Positions 37,131 through 47,477 of a DNA stretch of 64,000 nucleotides are shown piece after piece (the stretch's first letter is position 1; each line of letters begins with the position of its first letter). The notes under the pieces were generated by a model that searched no databases, was not told the DNA's origin, and saw nothing but the letters and a program-made list of their open reading frames with translations. The position numbers were made by a program, and so were the translations under genes. Source of the stretch: an uncultured Desulfobacter sp. (lineage in GTDB: Bacteria; Desulfobacterota; Desulfobacteria; Desulfobacterales; Desulfobacteraceae); NCBI GenBank assembly GCA_963665095.1, contig OY762069.1, positions 192,001-256,000 on the forward strand. The letters run 5' to 3'.

Positions 37131-38192
37131 ATGACAACAACCCTTGCCCCTTCTGCCGATTTTACAGGGCACCGCAGGCTGATGCTGCGGCGGCGGACCA
37201 TCAGCTTTATTGTTTTCGGACTGGTGCTTGCCATGATCATGGCTGCCAATATCATGAACGGTTCTGTCAACATCAGACTGCCTGAGCTTTTATCCATCCT
37301 CGGGGGAGGCGATGCCGACAGTGTCAACGGATTCATCATATGGAAGATCCGGCTTCCCCGCGCCATTGCAGCCGCCTTAGGGGGCGGCTACCTGGCTGTG
37401 GCAGGACTCCTGCTCCAGGTATACTTCCGCAACCCCATTGTCGGCCCCTTTATTCTGGGCATCTCCTCCGGTGCCACCCTCACTGTTTCCCTGGTCATGC
37501 TGACCTCTTTGACCCTAGGCATGACGGTACTCAATCCTTACATGGCTACCCTGGCTGCCTTTGTGGGGGCATACGGGGTCATGCTCATTGTGGTGGGTAT
37601 TGCCGGGAAGGTGAAAAACGCGGTCACCCTGCTCATCGTGGGACTGATGATGGGGTACCTCTGCGGCTCGGTCACCGCCATCCTGACGGCCTTTGCGGAA
37701 AAGGAGAAGATCAAGGGCTTCGTACTCTGGCAGCTGGGCAGCTTTTCCGGCTTCCGGTGGACGGAAATTGAAATCCTCATTATTGCCGGCGGCCTCATCT
37801 GTGTCCTGGTCTACGCTCTGTCCAAGCCGCTGAATGCGTTTCTGCTGGGAGAGGACTACGCTGCCACCATGGGGGTCAACATAAGGCTTTTCCGCCTTTT
37901 GATCCTTTTGTCCTCCTGCGCCCTGGCCGGGATGATCACCTCCATGGCAGGTCCTGTGGCCTTTGTAGGGCTGGCCGTTCCCCATATGGTGCGCCTGGCC
38001 TTCGGCACCTCGGACAACAAGACCCTGATCCCGGGCTGTATCATGGTGGGCGCCGTTGTCACCAGCCTCTGCGATTTTATTGCACGGATGATTTTTTCTC
38101 CGGTGGAGCTGCCGATTTCCGCCATTACCGCCATGTTCGGCGCTCCCATTGTCATCAGTCTGCTCATGAAGCGAAAGGTAGGACTGTCATGA
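37131..38192 (+). CDS. FecCD/BtuC-family ABC permease
   Basis: IRLPRA, FRNPIVGPFILGISSGA, GPVAFVGLAVPH and ELPIS; AAGGAG RBS before ATG 37131. Confidence 0.9.
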   Translation: MTTTLAPSADFTGHRRLMLRRRTISFIVFGLVLAMIMAANIMNGSVNIRLPELLSILGGGDADSVNGFIIWKIRLPRAIAAALGGGYLAVAGLLLQVYFRNPIVGPFILGISSGATLTVSLVMLTSLTLGMTVLNPYMATLAAFVGAYGVMLIVVGIAGKVKNAVTLLIVGLMMGYLCGSVTAILTAFAEKEKIKGFVLWQLGSFSGFRWTEIEILIIAGGLICVLVYALSKPLNAFLLGEDYAATMGVNIRLFRLLILLSSCALAGMITSMAGPVAFVGLAVPHMVRLAFGTSDNKTLIPGCIMVGAVVTSLCDFIARMIFSPVELPISAITAMFGAPIVISLLMKRKVGLS

Positions 38193-39418
38193 AAAATACC
38201 CCTGTTCTGGCCACCGAGGATCTTACGGTGGGGTACCCGAAAAAGGATGTCCTCACATCCGTAAACCTGTCATTTTGCGCGGGCGAGTTCATCTCCCTTC
38301 TGGGTCCGAACGGTGTGGGAAAAAGCACCCTGCTCCGCACCCTATCCAAGCTTTTACCAAAGAGGAAAGGAGAGATATCTGTCCGGGGAAAGGCCCTTGA
38401 AAATTATACGGCGGACGCCCTGGCCAAGACCATGTCGGTCGTTCTTACCCACAAGTCCGTGCCCCCCCTGTGCCGGGTCTACGACTTTGTGGCAACCGGG
38501 CGCTACCCGCACACCAGCTGGACCGGGCATCTGACACAAAAGGATGATCAGGTCATCATGGATGCCGTGGCCATGGTCCATGCCCAGGATCTGATCCTCA
38601 GGGACATGATGACCCTGAGTGACGGGGAACGTCAGAAGGTCCTCATTGCAAGGGCACTGGCCCAGGAACCGGATATTATCCTCCTGGACGAGCCCACCAT
38701 GCACCTGGATCTCAAACACCGCATGGAAGTGATGTCCATCCTCAAGGAGATGTGCCGGACCAAGGGGATCTGCGTGGTGGCCTCCCTCCACGATATCGAA
38801 GTGGCCTCAAGAGTCTCGGACCGGGTGGTCCTGATCCGTAAAGGATGCATTAAAGGATTTGGTCCCCCCGAGGACGTTTTGGAAGAGGATACGGTTTCCG
38901 GGCTTTACGATTTTTCAGATGCCGGGTTCAGCCGGGTTCTGGGCAGCATTGAATTCAGAAGCCGGACCTCAAGGGACCGGGTCTTTGTTATCGGCGGCAT
39001 GGGCAGCGCCTCGGTTCTTTACCGATTGCTTTCCAAAAACGGTTACCAGGTGGCCACTGGTGTGCTGCTGAAAAACGACGTGGACTATCATGTGGCATCA
39101 TCTCTGAAACTCGATGCCCTGGCCCAGGACACCCTGGAAGCGGTGCTGCCTTCCAGTGTGGACAGGGCACTTGAAATGCTGAAAGGCTGCTGTGCTGTTG
39201 TGGATGCCGGCTTTGAGGCTGTCCCCCTCAACTGTGAAAATTTAAGATTGATCTCTGCGGCCAGGGCGCTTGGCAAGCCGGTATTCCGTCTCAACGGAAC
39301 CTGTCCCTGCACAAATGGCCACGCCTCGGACCGGCCTGAGGTGCCCGTGGAAATGACGGCAAATACCGAATCGGCTCTGGTGCAGTTAATCGAACGGGAA
39401 ATGGCACAGGCGTCATGA
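38189..39418 (+). CDS. BtuD-like ABC ATPase with a C-terminal extension
   Basis: GPNGVGKST, LSDGERQK and DEPTMHLD, plus about 150 extra aa starting RVFVIGGMGS. Confidence 0.88.
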   Translation: MKNTPVLATEDLTVGYPKKDVLTSVNLSFCAGEFISLLGPNGVGKSTLLRTLSKLLPKRKGEISVRGKALENYTADALAKTMSVVLTHKSVPPLCRVYDFVATGRYPHTSWTGHLTQKDDQVIMDAVAMVHAQDLILRDMMTLSDGERQKVLIARALAQEPDIILLDEPTMHLDLKHRMEVMSILKEMCRTKGICVVASLHDIEVASRVSDRVVLIRKGCIKGFGPPEDVLEEDTVSGLYDFSDAGFSRVLGSIEFRSRTSRDRVFVIGGMGSASVLYRLLSKNGYQVATGVLLKNDVDYHVASSLKLDALAQDTLEAVLPSSVDRALEMLKGCCAVVDAGFEAVPLNCENLRLISAARALGKPVFRLNGTCPCTNGHASDRPEVPVEMTANTESALVQLIEREMAQAS

Positions 39419-40506
39419 TCCCTGCCTACCTGATTCTCATGCTCACGGACAGATGCAACCTGTCCTGCCAATACTGCTACCTGGGCCAAAACAAAAAATC
39501 CATGCACAACGGCAAGGAGATATCCTCCCATCTCATTGACAAGGCCCTGTCCCTGTGGTTTGCCAACAAAAACAGATGGCGGATTCAGATCACCGGCGGG
39601 GAGCCGTTCCTGGCCAGAGAGCTCCTTGAATACACGGCAAAAAAGATAAGAGACGTATCTTTCAAGTCCCCTGTCTCAGTCCAGACCAACGCTACCCTCC
39701 TGAACCACAGGGATGCGGATCTGATCAAACGGTATCATCTGGAAATCGGGGTCAGTCTTGATGGGGATCCCGACATTCAAAACAGGGTCCGGGGAAAGGC
39801 GGCCGACACATTCAGGGGGATACGCTGCCTGGAAGAGGCAAAGATCCCCTTTAACGTAACCTGTGTGGTCTCTTCGGCCAATGCGGACCGGCTCCACCGC
39901 CTGGTCCTGGCTCTGGGCGGATTCTCCATGGCCCGGGGCATCGGATTCGACCTTCTGGTCTGCAAAGGCCGGGCCATGACTTCAGGTATCAGTCCGGCCT
40001 CGCCACAGGCGCTGACAACAGGGATCCGGAAACTCAAACAGGCCCTTACCATGGTTAATGCGGGGCGCAGCACCCCACTTGTACTCCGGGAGTTGGAAAA
40101 AATCAAATCGGCCCGCCGCGGCATCCGGCCGTCAGCATTCTGCCATGCCGCCAGTGGCAAGAGCCTTCTGGTCTCTCCGGGCGGAGAGCTTTACCCCTGC
40201 TCCCAGACCGCCTTTGACCCGGCCTTTTACCTGGGAACCCTGGAAAATAACCAAACGCAATCCAAGGCGGCTGCCGGAAGCGGAAAGCGGCCTCAGTGGC
40301 CCACTTTAGAAGAAAGAGCAAAAAATTTGTGTCCCTCCTGCAGCCTGAACGCCTGCTGCCAGGGGGAATGCCCCAGCCGTCTGTACTACGGCAACACAGG
40401 GGAAACGCCACTGGCCTGTACCCTGTATCAGGCCCTGGCGGACAATGAATCCAACAGGACGAGAACACGGGCTGCGGCCCGGCAATATCGAAAGGAACCC
40501 ATCTGA
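39415..40506 (+). CDS. Radical SAM/SPASM-domain protein
   Basis: CNLSCQYC, TGGEP, QTN and VSLDG; C-terminal C...GELYPC...CPSC...CQGECP...C. Confidence 0.9.
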   Translation: MIPAYLILMLTDRCNLSCQYCYLGQNKKSMHNGKEISSHLIDKALSLWFANKNRWRIQITGGEPFLARELLEYTAKKIRDVSFKSPVSVQTNATLLNHRDADLIKRYHLEIGVSLDGDPDIQNRVRGKAADTFRGIRCLEEAKIPFNVTCVVSSANADRLHRLVLALGGFSMARGIGFDLLVCKGRAMTSGISPASPQALTTGIRKLKQALTMVNAGRSTPLVLRELEKIKSARRGIRPSAFCHAASGKSLLVSPGGELYPCSQTAFDPAFYLGTLENNQTQSKAAAGSGKRPQWPTLEERAKNLCPSCSLNACCQGECPSRLYYGNTGETPLACTLYQALADNESNRTRTRAAARQYRKEPI

Positions 40507-43500
40507 TGGAAAAAGCGTTTTCAATGGCCTATTTCACGGCAGTTGGTATGGAAATTCCGTCCCTGAGCCAGGGAATCGAACAGTTTACAGAAGGTGGCGG
40601 GCAGATTCAGGTTCATGCCAAAACCTCAACCCAGCTGTTTGACGAAAAGCAGATCAAGGGATTTTGCAACAGGTGCCTGGAATCGGATATTATCATTATC
40701 GGCCTCCACGGCGGCCGGGAATCCTTTCCCGGATACAAGATTCTGGGAGAACAGTTGGCGGCGCATAAAAAGGAAGGCGGCACCCTTCCCTGGATCCATA
40801 TTCAGCCCTCAGGCTCAGACGAGGACTCCATTGAATGGGCACAGGAGTGGTCCACGCACTTTGGCACACCGGTCTGGGATAAGGTTTCCCAATACCTTGA
40901 CAACGGGGGTACCATTAATTTCTTCCGCCTCATCTGCTTTCTTGAGTCTGAAATTTTCGACCTTAAAAAAACGATCCCTCCGGCTGTGCCGGTTCCTTTT
41001 GATGGCATTTACCACCCAGATATCCAGGGGATTCCGGAAATTGAAGACTATCTCAAAACGTATATCAAACCCGGCCGCATCACCGTTGGGCTGTGGTTCA
41101 GCCAAATTTACTGGTTGAACAACGATGTGGATTACATCGATGCCATGATTCGGTCGGCCGAACGTCTGGGCGCAAACGTGATCCCTGTTTTCCACATGCG
41201 GTACAAGGACGCATCCAGGGGAAACCCCGGGGCCGAGTATGTGGCCCGCACCTTTTTCATGAAGGACGGCAAACCCATCATCGATGTGCTGCTCAGCCCA
41301 ATGATGTTTTCTTTGACCCTCATGGACCCCTCCTGCAAGGAACTCTTTGCCCGGCTCAACGTCCCGGTCATTCAGGCCATGGTGACCATGCAGCCCTATC
41401 AGAGCTGGAAGGAAGAGGTCCAGGGGATGAGTACCATGGAAGTGGGCCTTTGTGCTGCCCAGCCCGAGTTTGACGGCAATCTGATCTGCGGGCCCGTGGC
41501 CAGCCGGGAACAGGATAAAACCGACCCGCTGACAGGCGCACTTCTTGCCCGGTACGCCGCCATCCCGGAACGGACCGAACGGGTGGTGAACCTGGCTGTT
41601 AACTGGGCGAAGCTTGCCAAAAAGGAAAATGCCGAAAAAAAAGTGGCCATTATTTTTCACCACTATCCCCCGCGAAACGACCGCATCGGTTGCGCTGCCG
41701 GCCTGGACAGCTTTGTCAGTGTCAAACTCCTGCTGGAACGGATGAAGGAGGCAGGATACGTGGTGAACACCCTTTATGAGGACGGGGATGCCCTGGCCCG
41801 GGAGATGCTGTCCAAGATGACCTGTGACCAGCGCTGGCTTCTGCCCGAACAGATGCACGAGCGGGCCGCCGCCCTGGCCGGCCCGGACGAATACCACCCC
41901 TGGCACGAGGGCCTGCCCCAACCCATCCGGGATAAACAGAACGGGGACTGGGGAAAGATGCCCGGCGACCTGTTCGTCCATGATAACGAGATGATTTTTC
42001 CCGGCACCATGAACGGCAACGTCTTTATTACCATCCAGCCCCCCAGGGGATACTTTGAAAATATCGATAAGATCTACCATGACATGTATCTGTCCCCGCC
42101 CCATCATTACCTGGCCTATTACCGCTATATCAAACATTCGTTCAAGGCCGATGCCGTGATTCACGTGGGGACCCACGGCTCTTTGGAATGGCTGCCGGGC
42201 AAGGCCCTGGGTCTGTCCGAAGAATGCTATCCGGATCTGTCCATCATGGACCTTCCCAATATCTACCCCTATGTCATCAACGACCCAAGCGAAGGGACCC
42301 AGGCCAAACGAAGAAGTTATTGCTGCATCATCGACTATATGACCCCGGTCTTTACCAATGCGGACCTCTACGAAAGCCTGGCGGATGTGGAAAACCACGT
42401 GAAATCCTACTTTGACGCCAAAAGCGCCGATCCTGCCAAGATAGAGATCCTGCAGCCCATGATCTGGGAGGCCGTGGTGGAGGCCAACCTGAACGATGAC
42501 CTGGACATGACCCGGGAAGAGGCGTTTCAGGACTTTGACGGATTTCTGGAAAAACTCCACGACTACCTGGGGGAGCTGGGCGACACCATGATCAACGACG
42601 GACTCCATACCCTGGGCCAGGTCCCCCAGGGTGAACAACTGGTGGAGCTTCTGGTCCAGCTCACCCGGATCGCCAACGGCAGTGTACCCTCCCTGCGGGA
42701 GGCCGTGGTCCTGTCCCTGGGCCATGACTATGACCATCTGCTGGAAAACAGAGGGAAAATGGTGGATAAGGCAAGGGGAATGACCGGTTCCATGCTGATC
42801 CAGCAGGCCCACAGTCTGGCATTAAATCTGGTCAGTGCCATGTCGGAAACCGGTTATGACGGTGACCCGGATAAAATCGCCGCCGCTGCCAGGCAAATCA
42901 TCACCGCGCCTCATCCCGACACCCTTGAAGTACTCTCCTATCTTGCAGACTCTGTGGTCCCCAATCTGAGGAAAACCACAGAGGAGCTGGATGCGGTCAT
43001 GACCGCACTGGACGGGGGCTTTGTCAGGCCCGGCCCGTCAGGATCACCCACCCGGGGCCAGGCAGACATCCTTCCCACGGGCCGCAATTTTTATTCTGTA
43101 GACCCCCAGAAGATCCCCACTCCCGCGGCCTGGGAGGTAGGCATGCGTCTGGGGGACGCCCTGTTGCAAAGGTACATTGATGAAACCGGTGGTTACCCCA
43201 GGAGCGTGGGGATGCTGGTTTACGGCAATCCCACCATGAAAACCGGCGGAGACGATATCGCTGAAATTTTTTATCTGATGGGCGTCAAACCCGTCTGGCA
43301 CCCGAGCAACGGGATTGTCAAGGGGGTTGAAATCATCCCCCTGGAAGAACTTGGACGGCCCCGGATTGACGTTCTGCCAAGAATTTCAGGCTTTTTCAGG
43401 GATTCATTCCCCCTGCTTGTGGAACGGATTGACGATGCTTTCCGCATGGTGGCCTCCCTGAACGAACCCATGGAAACCAATATGATCCGGCGTCATGTCT

Positions 43501-44288
43501 ACAAAGATATGGAGACCTATAAACTGGAAGGTATGAACGAGGAAGAAGCGTTCAGGGAAGCCTCCTTCAGGGTGTTCGGCTGCCCGCCGGGCACCTATGG
43601 CGCGGGTGTGGCCGAACTTGTGGAATCCAAGAACTGGGAAACCCAGGAGGACCTGGGCAACAACTACATCCGCTACTCCAGCCATGCCTACGGCCAGGGC
43701 AGTTACGGACGGCAGAAGCCCAATACCTTCCGGACCCTGTTGTCCCGCATGGACGTCACTGTGAAAAACGAGGATTCCCGGGAATACGATATGATGTCCT
43801 GTACCGACTACTACAACTATTACGGCGGCCTCATCGTGGCCGGCAAAACCGTTACCGGCAAATACCCCCTCTCCCTTATGGGTGACTCGTCCGATCCCAA
43901 AAGAGTAAAGATGCGTACCACTGCCGAGGAGGCCAAGCATATTCTGCGGTCCCGTCTCACCAACCCTAAATGGATAAAGGGAATGATGCGTCACGGATAC
44001 AAGGGCGCCGGCGACATCTCCCACATGATGGACGTGGCCCTGGGCTGGGATGCCACGGCCGAGGTCATGGAAGACTGGATGTATGCGCAGATGGCCCGGG
44101 CCTATATCATGGACCCGGAGGTCAAGGAATGGATGGAAGAGGTCAACCCCTATGCCCGCCAGAATATCCTGGACAAACTCCTGGAAGCCATATCCAGGGG
44201 CATGTGGCATGCGGACAAGGAAATGGAAGATGAACTCAGACAGGAGTATCTTGAAATTGAAGGTGAAATTGAAGCACTTACAGAATAA
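40506..44288 (+). CDS. cobN: CobN/BchH-type chelatase large subunit 1
   Basis: QPEFDG, YPPRND, HVGTHGSLEWLPGK, EGTQAKRR, GLHTLG, LPTGRNFY, NPKWI and HGYKGA. Confidence 0.92.
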   Translation: MEKAFSMAYFTAVGMEIPSLSQGIEQFTEGGGQIQVHAKTSTQLFDEKQIKGFCNRCLESDIIIIGLHGGRESFPGYKILGEQLAAHKKEGGTLPWIHIQPSGSDEDSIEWAQEWSTHFGTPVWDKVSQYLDNGGTINFFRLICFLESEIFDLKKTIPPAVPVPFDGIYHPDIQGIPEIEDYLKTYIKPGRITVGLWFSQIYWLNNDVDYIDAMIRSAERLGANVIPVFHMRYKDASRGNPGAEYVARTFFMKDGKPIIDVLLSPMMFSLTLMDPSCKELFARLNVPVIQAMVTMQPYQSWKEEVQGMSTMEVGLCAAQPEFDGNLICGPVASREQDKTDPLTGALLARYAAIPERTERVVNLAVNWAKLAKKENAEKKVAIIFHHYPPRNDRIGCAAGLDSFVSVKLLLERMKEAGYVVNTLYEDGDALAREMLSKMTCDQRWLLPEQMHERAAALAGPDEYHPWHEGLPQPIRDKQNGDWGKMPGDLFVHDNEMIFPGTMNGNVFITIQPPRGYFENIDKIYHDMYLSPPHHYLAYYRYIKHSFKADAVIHVGTHGSLEWLPGKALGLSEECYPDLSIMDLPNIYPYVINDPSEGTQAKRRSYCCIIDYMTPVFTNADLYESLADVENHVKSYFDAKSADPAKIEILQPMIWEAVVEANLNDDLDMTREEAFQDFDGFLEKLHDYLGELGDTMINDGLHTLGQVPQGEQLVELLVQLTRIANGSVPSLREAVVLSLGHDYDHLLENRGKMVDKARGMTGSMLIQQAHSLALNLVSAMSETGYDGDPDKIAAAARQIITAPHPDTLEVLSYLADSVVPNLRKTTEELDAVMTALDGGFVRPGPSGSPTRGQADILPTGRNFYSVDPQKIPTPAAWEVGMRLGDALLQRYIDETGGYPRSVGMLVYGNPTMKTGGDDIAEIFYLMGVKPVWHPSNGIVKGVEIIPLEELGRPRIDVLPRISGFFRDSFPLLVERIDDAFRMVASLNEPMETNMIRRHVYKDMETYKLEGMNEEEAFREASFRVFGCPPGTYGAGVAELVESKNWETQEDLGNNYIRYSSHAYGQGSYGRQKPNTFRTLLSRMDVTVKNEDSREYDMMSCTDYYNYYGGLIVAGKTVTGKYPLSLMGDSSDPKRVKMRTTAEEAKHILRSRLTNPKWIKGMMRHGYKGAGDISHMMDVALGWDATAEVMEDWMYAQMARAYIMDPEVKEWMEEVNPYARQNILDKLLEAISRGMWHADKEMEDELRQEYLEIEGEIEALTE

Positions 44289-46362
44289 CCTGAAAGACCA
44301 AAGTCAGGCAAACCGCCTCTTTCCCTTTTCAGCCGTTATCGGCCAGGAGAACCTTAAGCTGGCGTTGATACTCAACGCTGTAAACCCCGGAATCGGCGGT
44401 GTGCTGATCCGGGGGGAAAAGGGCACGGCAAAATCAACCATTGTCCGGGCGCTTTCGGACCTGCTGCCGGAAATCACCGTCCGCTCAGGATGTGGATTCA
44501 ACTGCAGCCCGGATGATCCGCAGCAATGCCCGGGATGCGGGAGGACAAACGGGAGCGGCAGCCTTGTCACACGGCGTAAAAAAGTGGTCACCCTGCCCCT
44601 GAACGCCACCGAAGACCGGGTGGCAGGCGGCCTGGATTTTGAGCAGGTGTTAAAACAGGGTAAAAGGGTGCTGCAGCCAGGTCTTCTGGCAAAAGCCCAC
44701 CAGGGTATTCTCTATGTGGATGAGATCAACCTTCTGGATGACCATATCGTGGATATCATCCTGGATGCATCTGCCTCAGGGGAAAACCGGGTGGAGCGTG
44801 AAGGGATCTCCCTGTCCCATCCTTCCCGGTTTCTCCTGGTGGGCACCATGAATCCCGAGGAAGGGGATCTGCGGCCCCAGCTGCTGGACCGGTTCGGATT
44901 CTGCGTGGAAGTGGCAGGGGAAACCGACCCTGAACAGCGGGTGGCCCTGATGGTCCAGCGGGACGCCTTTGACCTGGATCCGGCAGGGTTCCGAAAAGAA
45001 CATGAATCCGGCACCCGGGAACTGTCCCAAAGCATTCAGCGGGCAGAGGCGCTTCTACCCACCGTCCGGATGCCCAAACACCTGCGTACCTTTATCGCGG
45101 AACTCTGCGCCGGCCATCATGTGGCCGGCCACCGGGCAGACCTGGTCCTTGAGCAGGGGGCGCTTGCCCATGCCGCATTAAAGGGCCGTACCGAAGTCAT
45201 CCTGGACGACATCCAGGCGGTATCTCTTTTTGCTCTGCTCCACAGGAAACAGGAGGAGAGCGATCCCCCGCCTCCGCCGCAGGAGCCGCCTGAAGATCAG
45301 GATCAGGACCCGCCCGAAAACCAAGAGGAAGAGGACCAGGAAGAAGAGAATCAGGAAGAAGAAGACCAGCAGGAAGAGGCGCCCCCTGAAAACGAGGAGG
45401 AGGCAGCAGAACCGCCGCCCCGGGAAGAGGACAAAAGCCCTGAAGACGAGGCCGAGCCTGAAGATCCAGACCAGGATGAAGACAGGGACATTCCTCCACC
45501 CCCCGAGGACAGTGACGCCCAGACCCTCTTTGAGATCGGGGACCCCTTTAAAGTCAAAAAAATTGAAACTTGCAAGGACCGCACCTTAAGAAGGGGCTCA
45601 GGCCGGCGTTCACGGACCCGGGTGAGCCAGAAGCAGGGCCGGTACGTGAAAAGCACCATGAACCTGGGCCGGAATGATATCGCCTTTGACGCCACCTTAC
45701 GGGCGGCCGCCCCTTTCCAGAAGAACAGGGATATTCCCGAGGGGCTCTGCCTGGCCCTGACCCCGGCGGATGTCCGGGAAAAGATCCGCGAGAAAAAAAT
45801 GGGGAACTTCCTGCTCTTTTTAGTGGATGCCAGCGGCTCCATGGGGGCCAAAGGAAGGATGACAGCATCCAAGGGGGCCATTTTGTCCCTGTTGCTGGAT
45901 GCCTACCAGAAACGGGACAAAGTGGCCATGATCTCCTTTAGAAAAACCGAGGCCGTGGTAAACCTGCCTGTCACCTCCAGTATCGAGCTTGCGGCCCAGC
46001 ACCTTGCACAGATGCCTGTGGGCGGCAGGACCCCCTTGTCCGCCGGTCTGGACAAGGCCTACGGGATGATCAAAAGCGTCCAGTATCGCGATCCGGCCTC
46101 CCGGCCCATTGTGATTATCATTACCGACGGCAAGAGCAACCTGGCTTTGGGAGAAGGCAGACCCGTGGACGAGGCCCTCATGATGGCAAGCCGAATGGGA
46201 GAGGATGAGCGGGTGACCTATATCGTTGTGGACACCGAGCCCCAGGGTCCTGTCATGTTCGGCCTGGCCAGGAATCTGGCCGCCGCCGCCAGTGCCCGGT
46301 ACTATAAAATTGATGACCTGAAAAGCGACACCCTGGTCAGTCTGGTAAAGGAAAACCAGTAA
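44251..46362 (+). CDS. bchD: Chelatase subunit D (AAA+, acidic/Pro linker, vWA); start approximate
   Basis: FPFSAVIGQ, GEKGTAKST, YVDEINLL, LLDRFG, an acidic Pro-rich linker, MIDAS DASGSM, GGRTPL and ITDG. Confidence 0.88.
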   Translation: MKLKVKLKHLQNNLKDQSQANRLFPFSAVIGQENLKLALILNAVNPGIGGVLIRGEKGTAKSTIVRALSDLLPEITVRSGCGFNCSPDDPQQCPGCGRTNGSGSLVTRRKKVVTLPLNATEDRVAGGLDFEQVLKQGKRVLQPGLLAKAHQGILYVDEINLLDDHIVDIILDASASGENRVEREGISLSHPSRFLLVGTMNPEEGDLRPQLLDRFGFCVEVAGETDPEQRVALMVQRDAFDLDPAGFRKEHESGTRELSQSIQRAEALLPTVRMPKHLRTFIAELCAGHHVAGHRADLVLEQGALAHAALKGRTEVILDDIQAVSLFALLHRKQEESDPPPPPQEPPEDQDQDPPENQEEEDQEEENQEEEDQQEEAPPENEEEAAEPPPREEDKSPEDEAEPEDPDQDEDRDIPPPPEDSDAQTLFEIGDPFKVKKIETCKDRTLRRGSGRRSRTRVSQKQGRYVKSTMNLGRNDIAFDATLRAAAPFQKNRDIPEGLCLALTPADVREKIREKKMGNFLLFLVDASGSMGAKGRMTASKGAILSLLLDAYQKRDKVAMISFRKTEAVVNLPVTSSIELAAQHLAQMPVGGRTPLSAGLDKAYGMIKSVQYRDPASRPIVIIITDGKSNLALGEGRPVDEALMMASRMGEDERVTYIVVDTEPQGPVMFGLARNLAAAASARYYKIDDLKSDTLVSLVKENQ
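45322..45378 (+). repeat. Imperfect 15-bp tandem repeat in the ChlD linker (QEEED/QEEEN)
   Basis: CAAGAGGAAGAGGAC CAGGAAGAAGAGAAT CAGGAAGAAGAAGAC CAGCAGGAAGAG. Confidence 0.6.
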
Positions 46363-46403
46363 GGCTCAGGGCAACTAATATAAACAGAAGGAGTATTAAA
46401 ACA

Positions 46404-47474
46404 ATGACCCAACACTTTCCCTTCACCGCCATCGTGGGCCAGGATGATATGAAACTGGCCCTGATTCTCAATATTATTAATCCCACCCTGTCAGGGGTTC
46501 TGATCCGTGGGGAAAAGGGGACGGCCAAATCCACGGCTGTCCGGGCTCTGGCCGAAATCCTGCCCATGATCGACCATGTCAAGGACTGTCCCTTCAGGCT
46601 GGCCCTTTCCGAAGCCGGTGCCGTCTGTAAAGACTGCATGGCCACAACGTGTCCCAACCAGGGAGAAAAAGATCCTGGGACAGTAAACGGTGGTCGCATG
46701 GAAACCGAACAGAGCGGCATCCGGGTCATTGAACTGCCCGTGGGTGCCACCGAGGACCGGGTGGTGGGGACCATGGACCTGGAGCATGCATTGAAAAAGG
46801 GAGAAAAGCGGATTGAGCCAGGCCTTCTGGCCGCAGCTCACCGTGGGATTCTCTACGTGGACGAGGTCAACCTGCTGGACGATCATGTGGTGGATGTGCT
46901 CCTGGACTCCGCCGCCATGGGGGTCAACACCATTGAGCGGGAGGGCGTCTCCTTTTCCCACCCGGCAAGGTTTACCCTGGTGGGCACCATGAACCCGGAG
47001 GAAGGTGAGCTGCGGCCGCAACTGCTGGACCGCTTCGGCCTTTGCGTAAATATCGGAGGCATCCGGGATGTGAAAGCGCGGGTAAAGGTGATGGAGTACC
47101 GGGCAAAATTTGATGAGGATCCCGAAATTTTCAACCGGGAGTGGGAAGCTGCAAGCCGGGATCTTTCCGGCAGGATTGAGAAGGCCACCAGCCTTTACCC
47201 CAAGGTTTCCATTGCAAGGGAACTGCTCTTTGAGATCGCCTCTTTTTGCCTGGACGTGGGCGTGGACGGCCACAGGGGAGACATCATCATGCTGAAAACT
47301 GCCAAAACCCTTGCTGCCTGGGAGGGAAGAACTCAAGTCGAAGCCAATGACATCGAAATTGCGGCCAGGCTGGTTCTTCCCCATAGAATCCGCAGAAAAC
47401 CCCTCCAGGAAATTGCCCAGGATATCGGTGCGGTCCGGGAAACCAACCGGGCCAAACGGGATGAAAAGGTGTAA
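46404..47474 (+). CDS. bchI: Chelatase AAA+ subunit I
   Basis: FPFTAIVGQ, GEKGTAKST, GATEDRVVG, YVDEVNLL, LLDRFG and VDGHRGD. Confidence 0.92.
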   Translation: MTQHFPFTAIVGQDDMKLALILNIINPTLSGVLIRGEKGTAKSTAVRALAEILPMIDHVKDCPFRLALSEAGAVCKDCMATTCPNQGEKDPGTVNGGRMETEQSGIRVIELPVGATEDRVVGTMDLEHALKKGEKRIEPGLLAAAHRGILYVDEVNLLDDHVVDVLLDSAAMGVNTIEREGVSFSHPARFTLVGTMNPEEGELRPQLLDRFGLCVNIGGIRDVKARVKVMEYRAKFDEDPEIFNREWEAASRDLSGRIEKATSLYPKVSIARELLFEIASFCLDVGVDGHRGDIIMLKTAKTLAAWEGRTQVEANDIEIAARLVLPHRIRRKPLQEIAQDIGAVRETNRAKRDEKV

Positions 47475-47477
47475 TTT

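Noticed and set aside
40815..42812. 665-aa minus-strand ORF and other long antisense ORFs (9512-10714, 47502-48497, 51543-52568, 53754-54995, 57585-58604)
   Set aside because: These are shadow frames of well-supported genes in GC3-rich DNA, with no recognisable motifs.
45250..45510. Acidic/Pro low-complexity tract as a novel domain
   Set aside because: This is the expected linker of ChlD/BchD proteins.
44251..47474. Photosynthetic Mg-chelatase or bacteriochlorophyll pathway
   Set aside because: No other bch or puf genes are present; the large subunits are CobN-like and B12-regulated.
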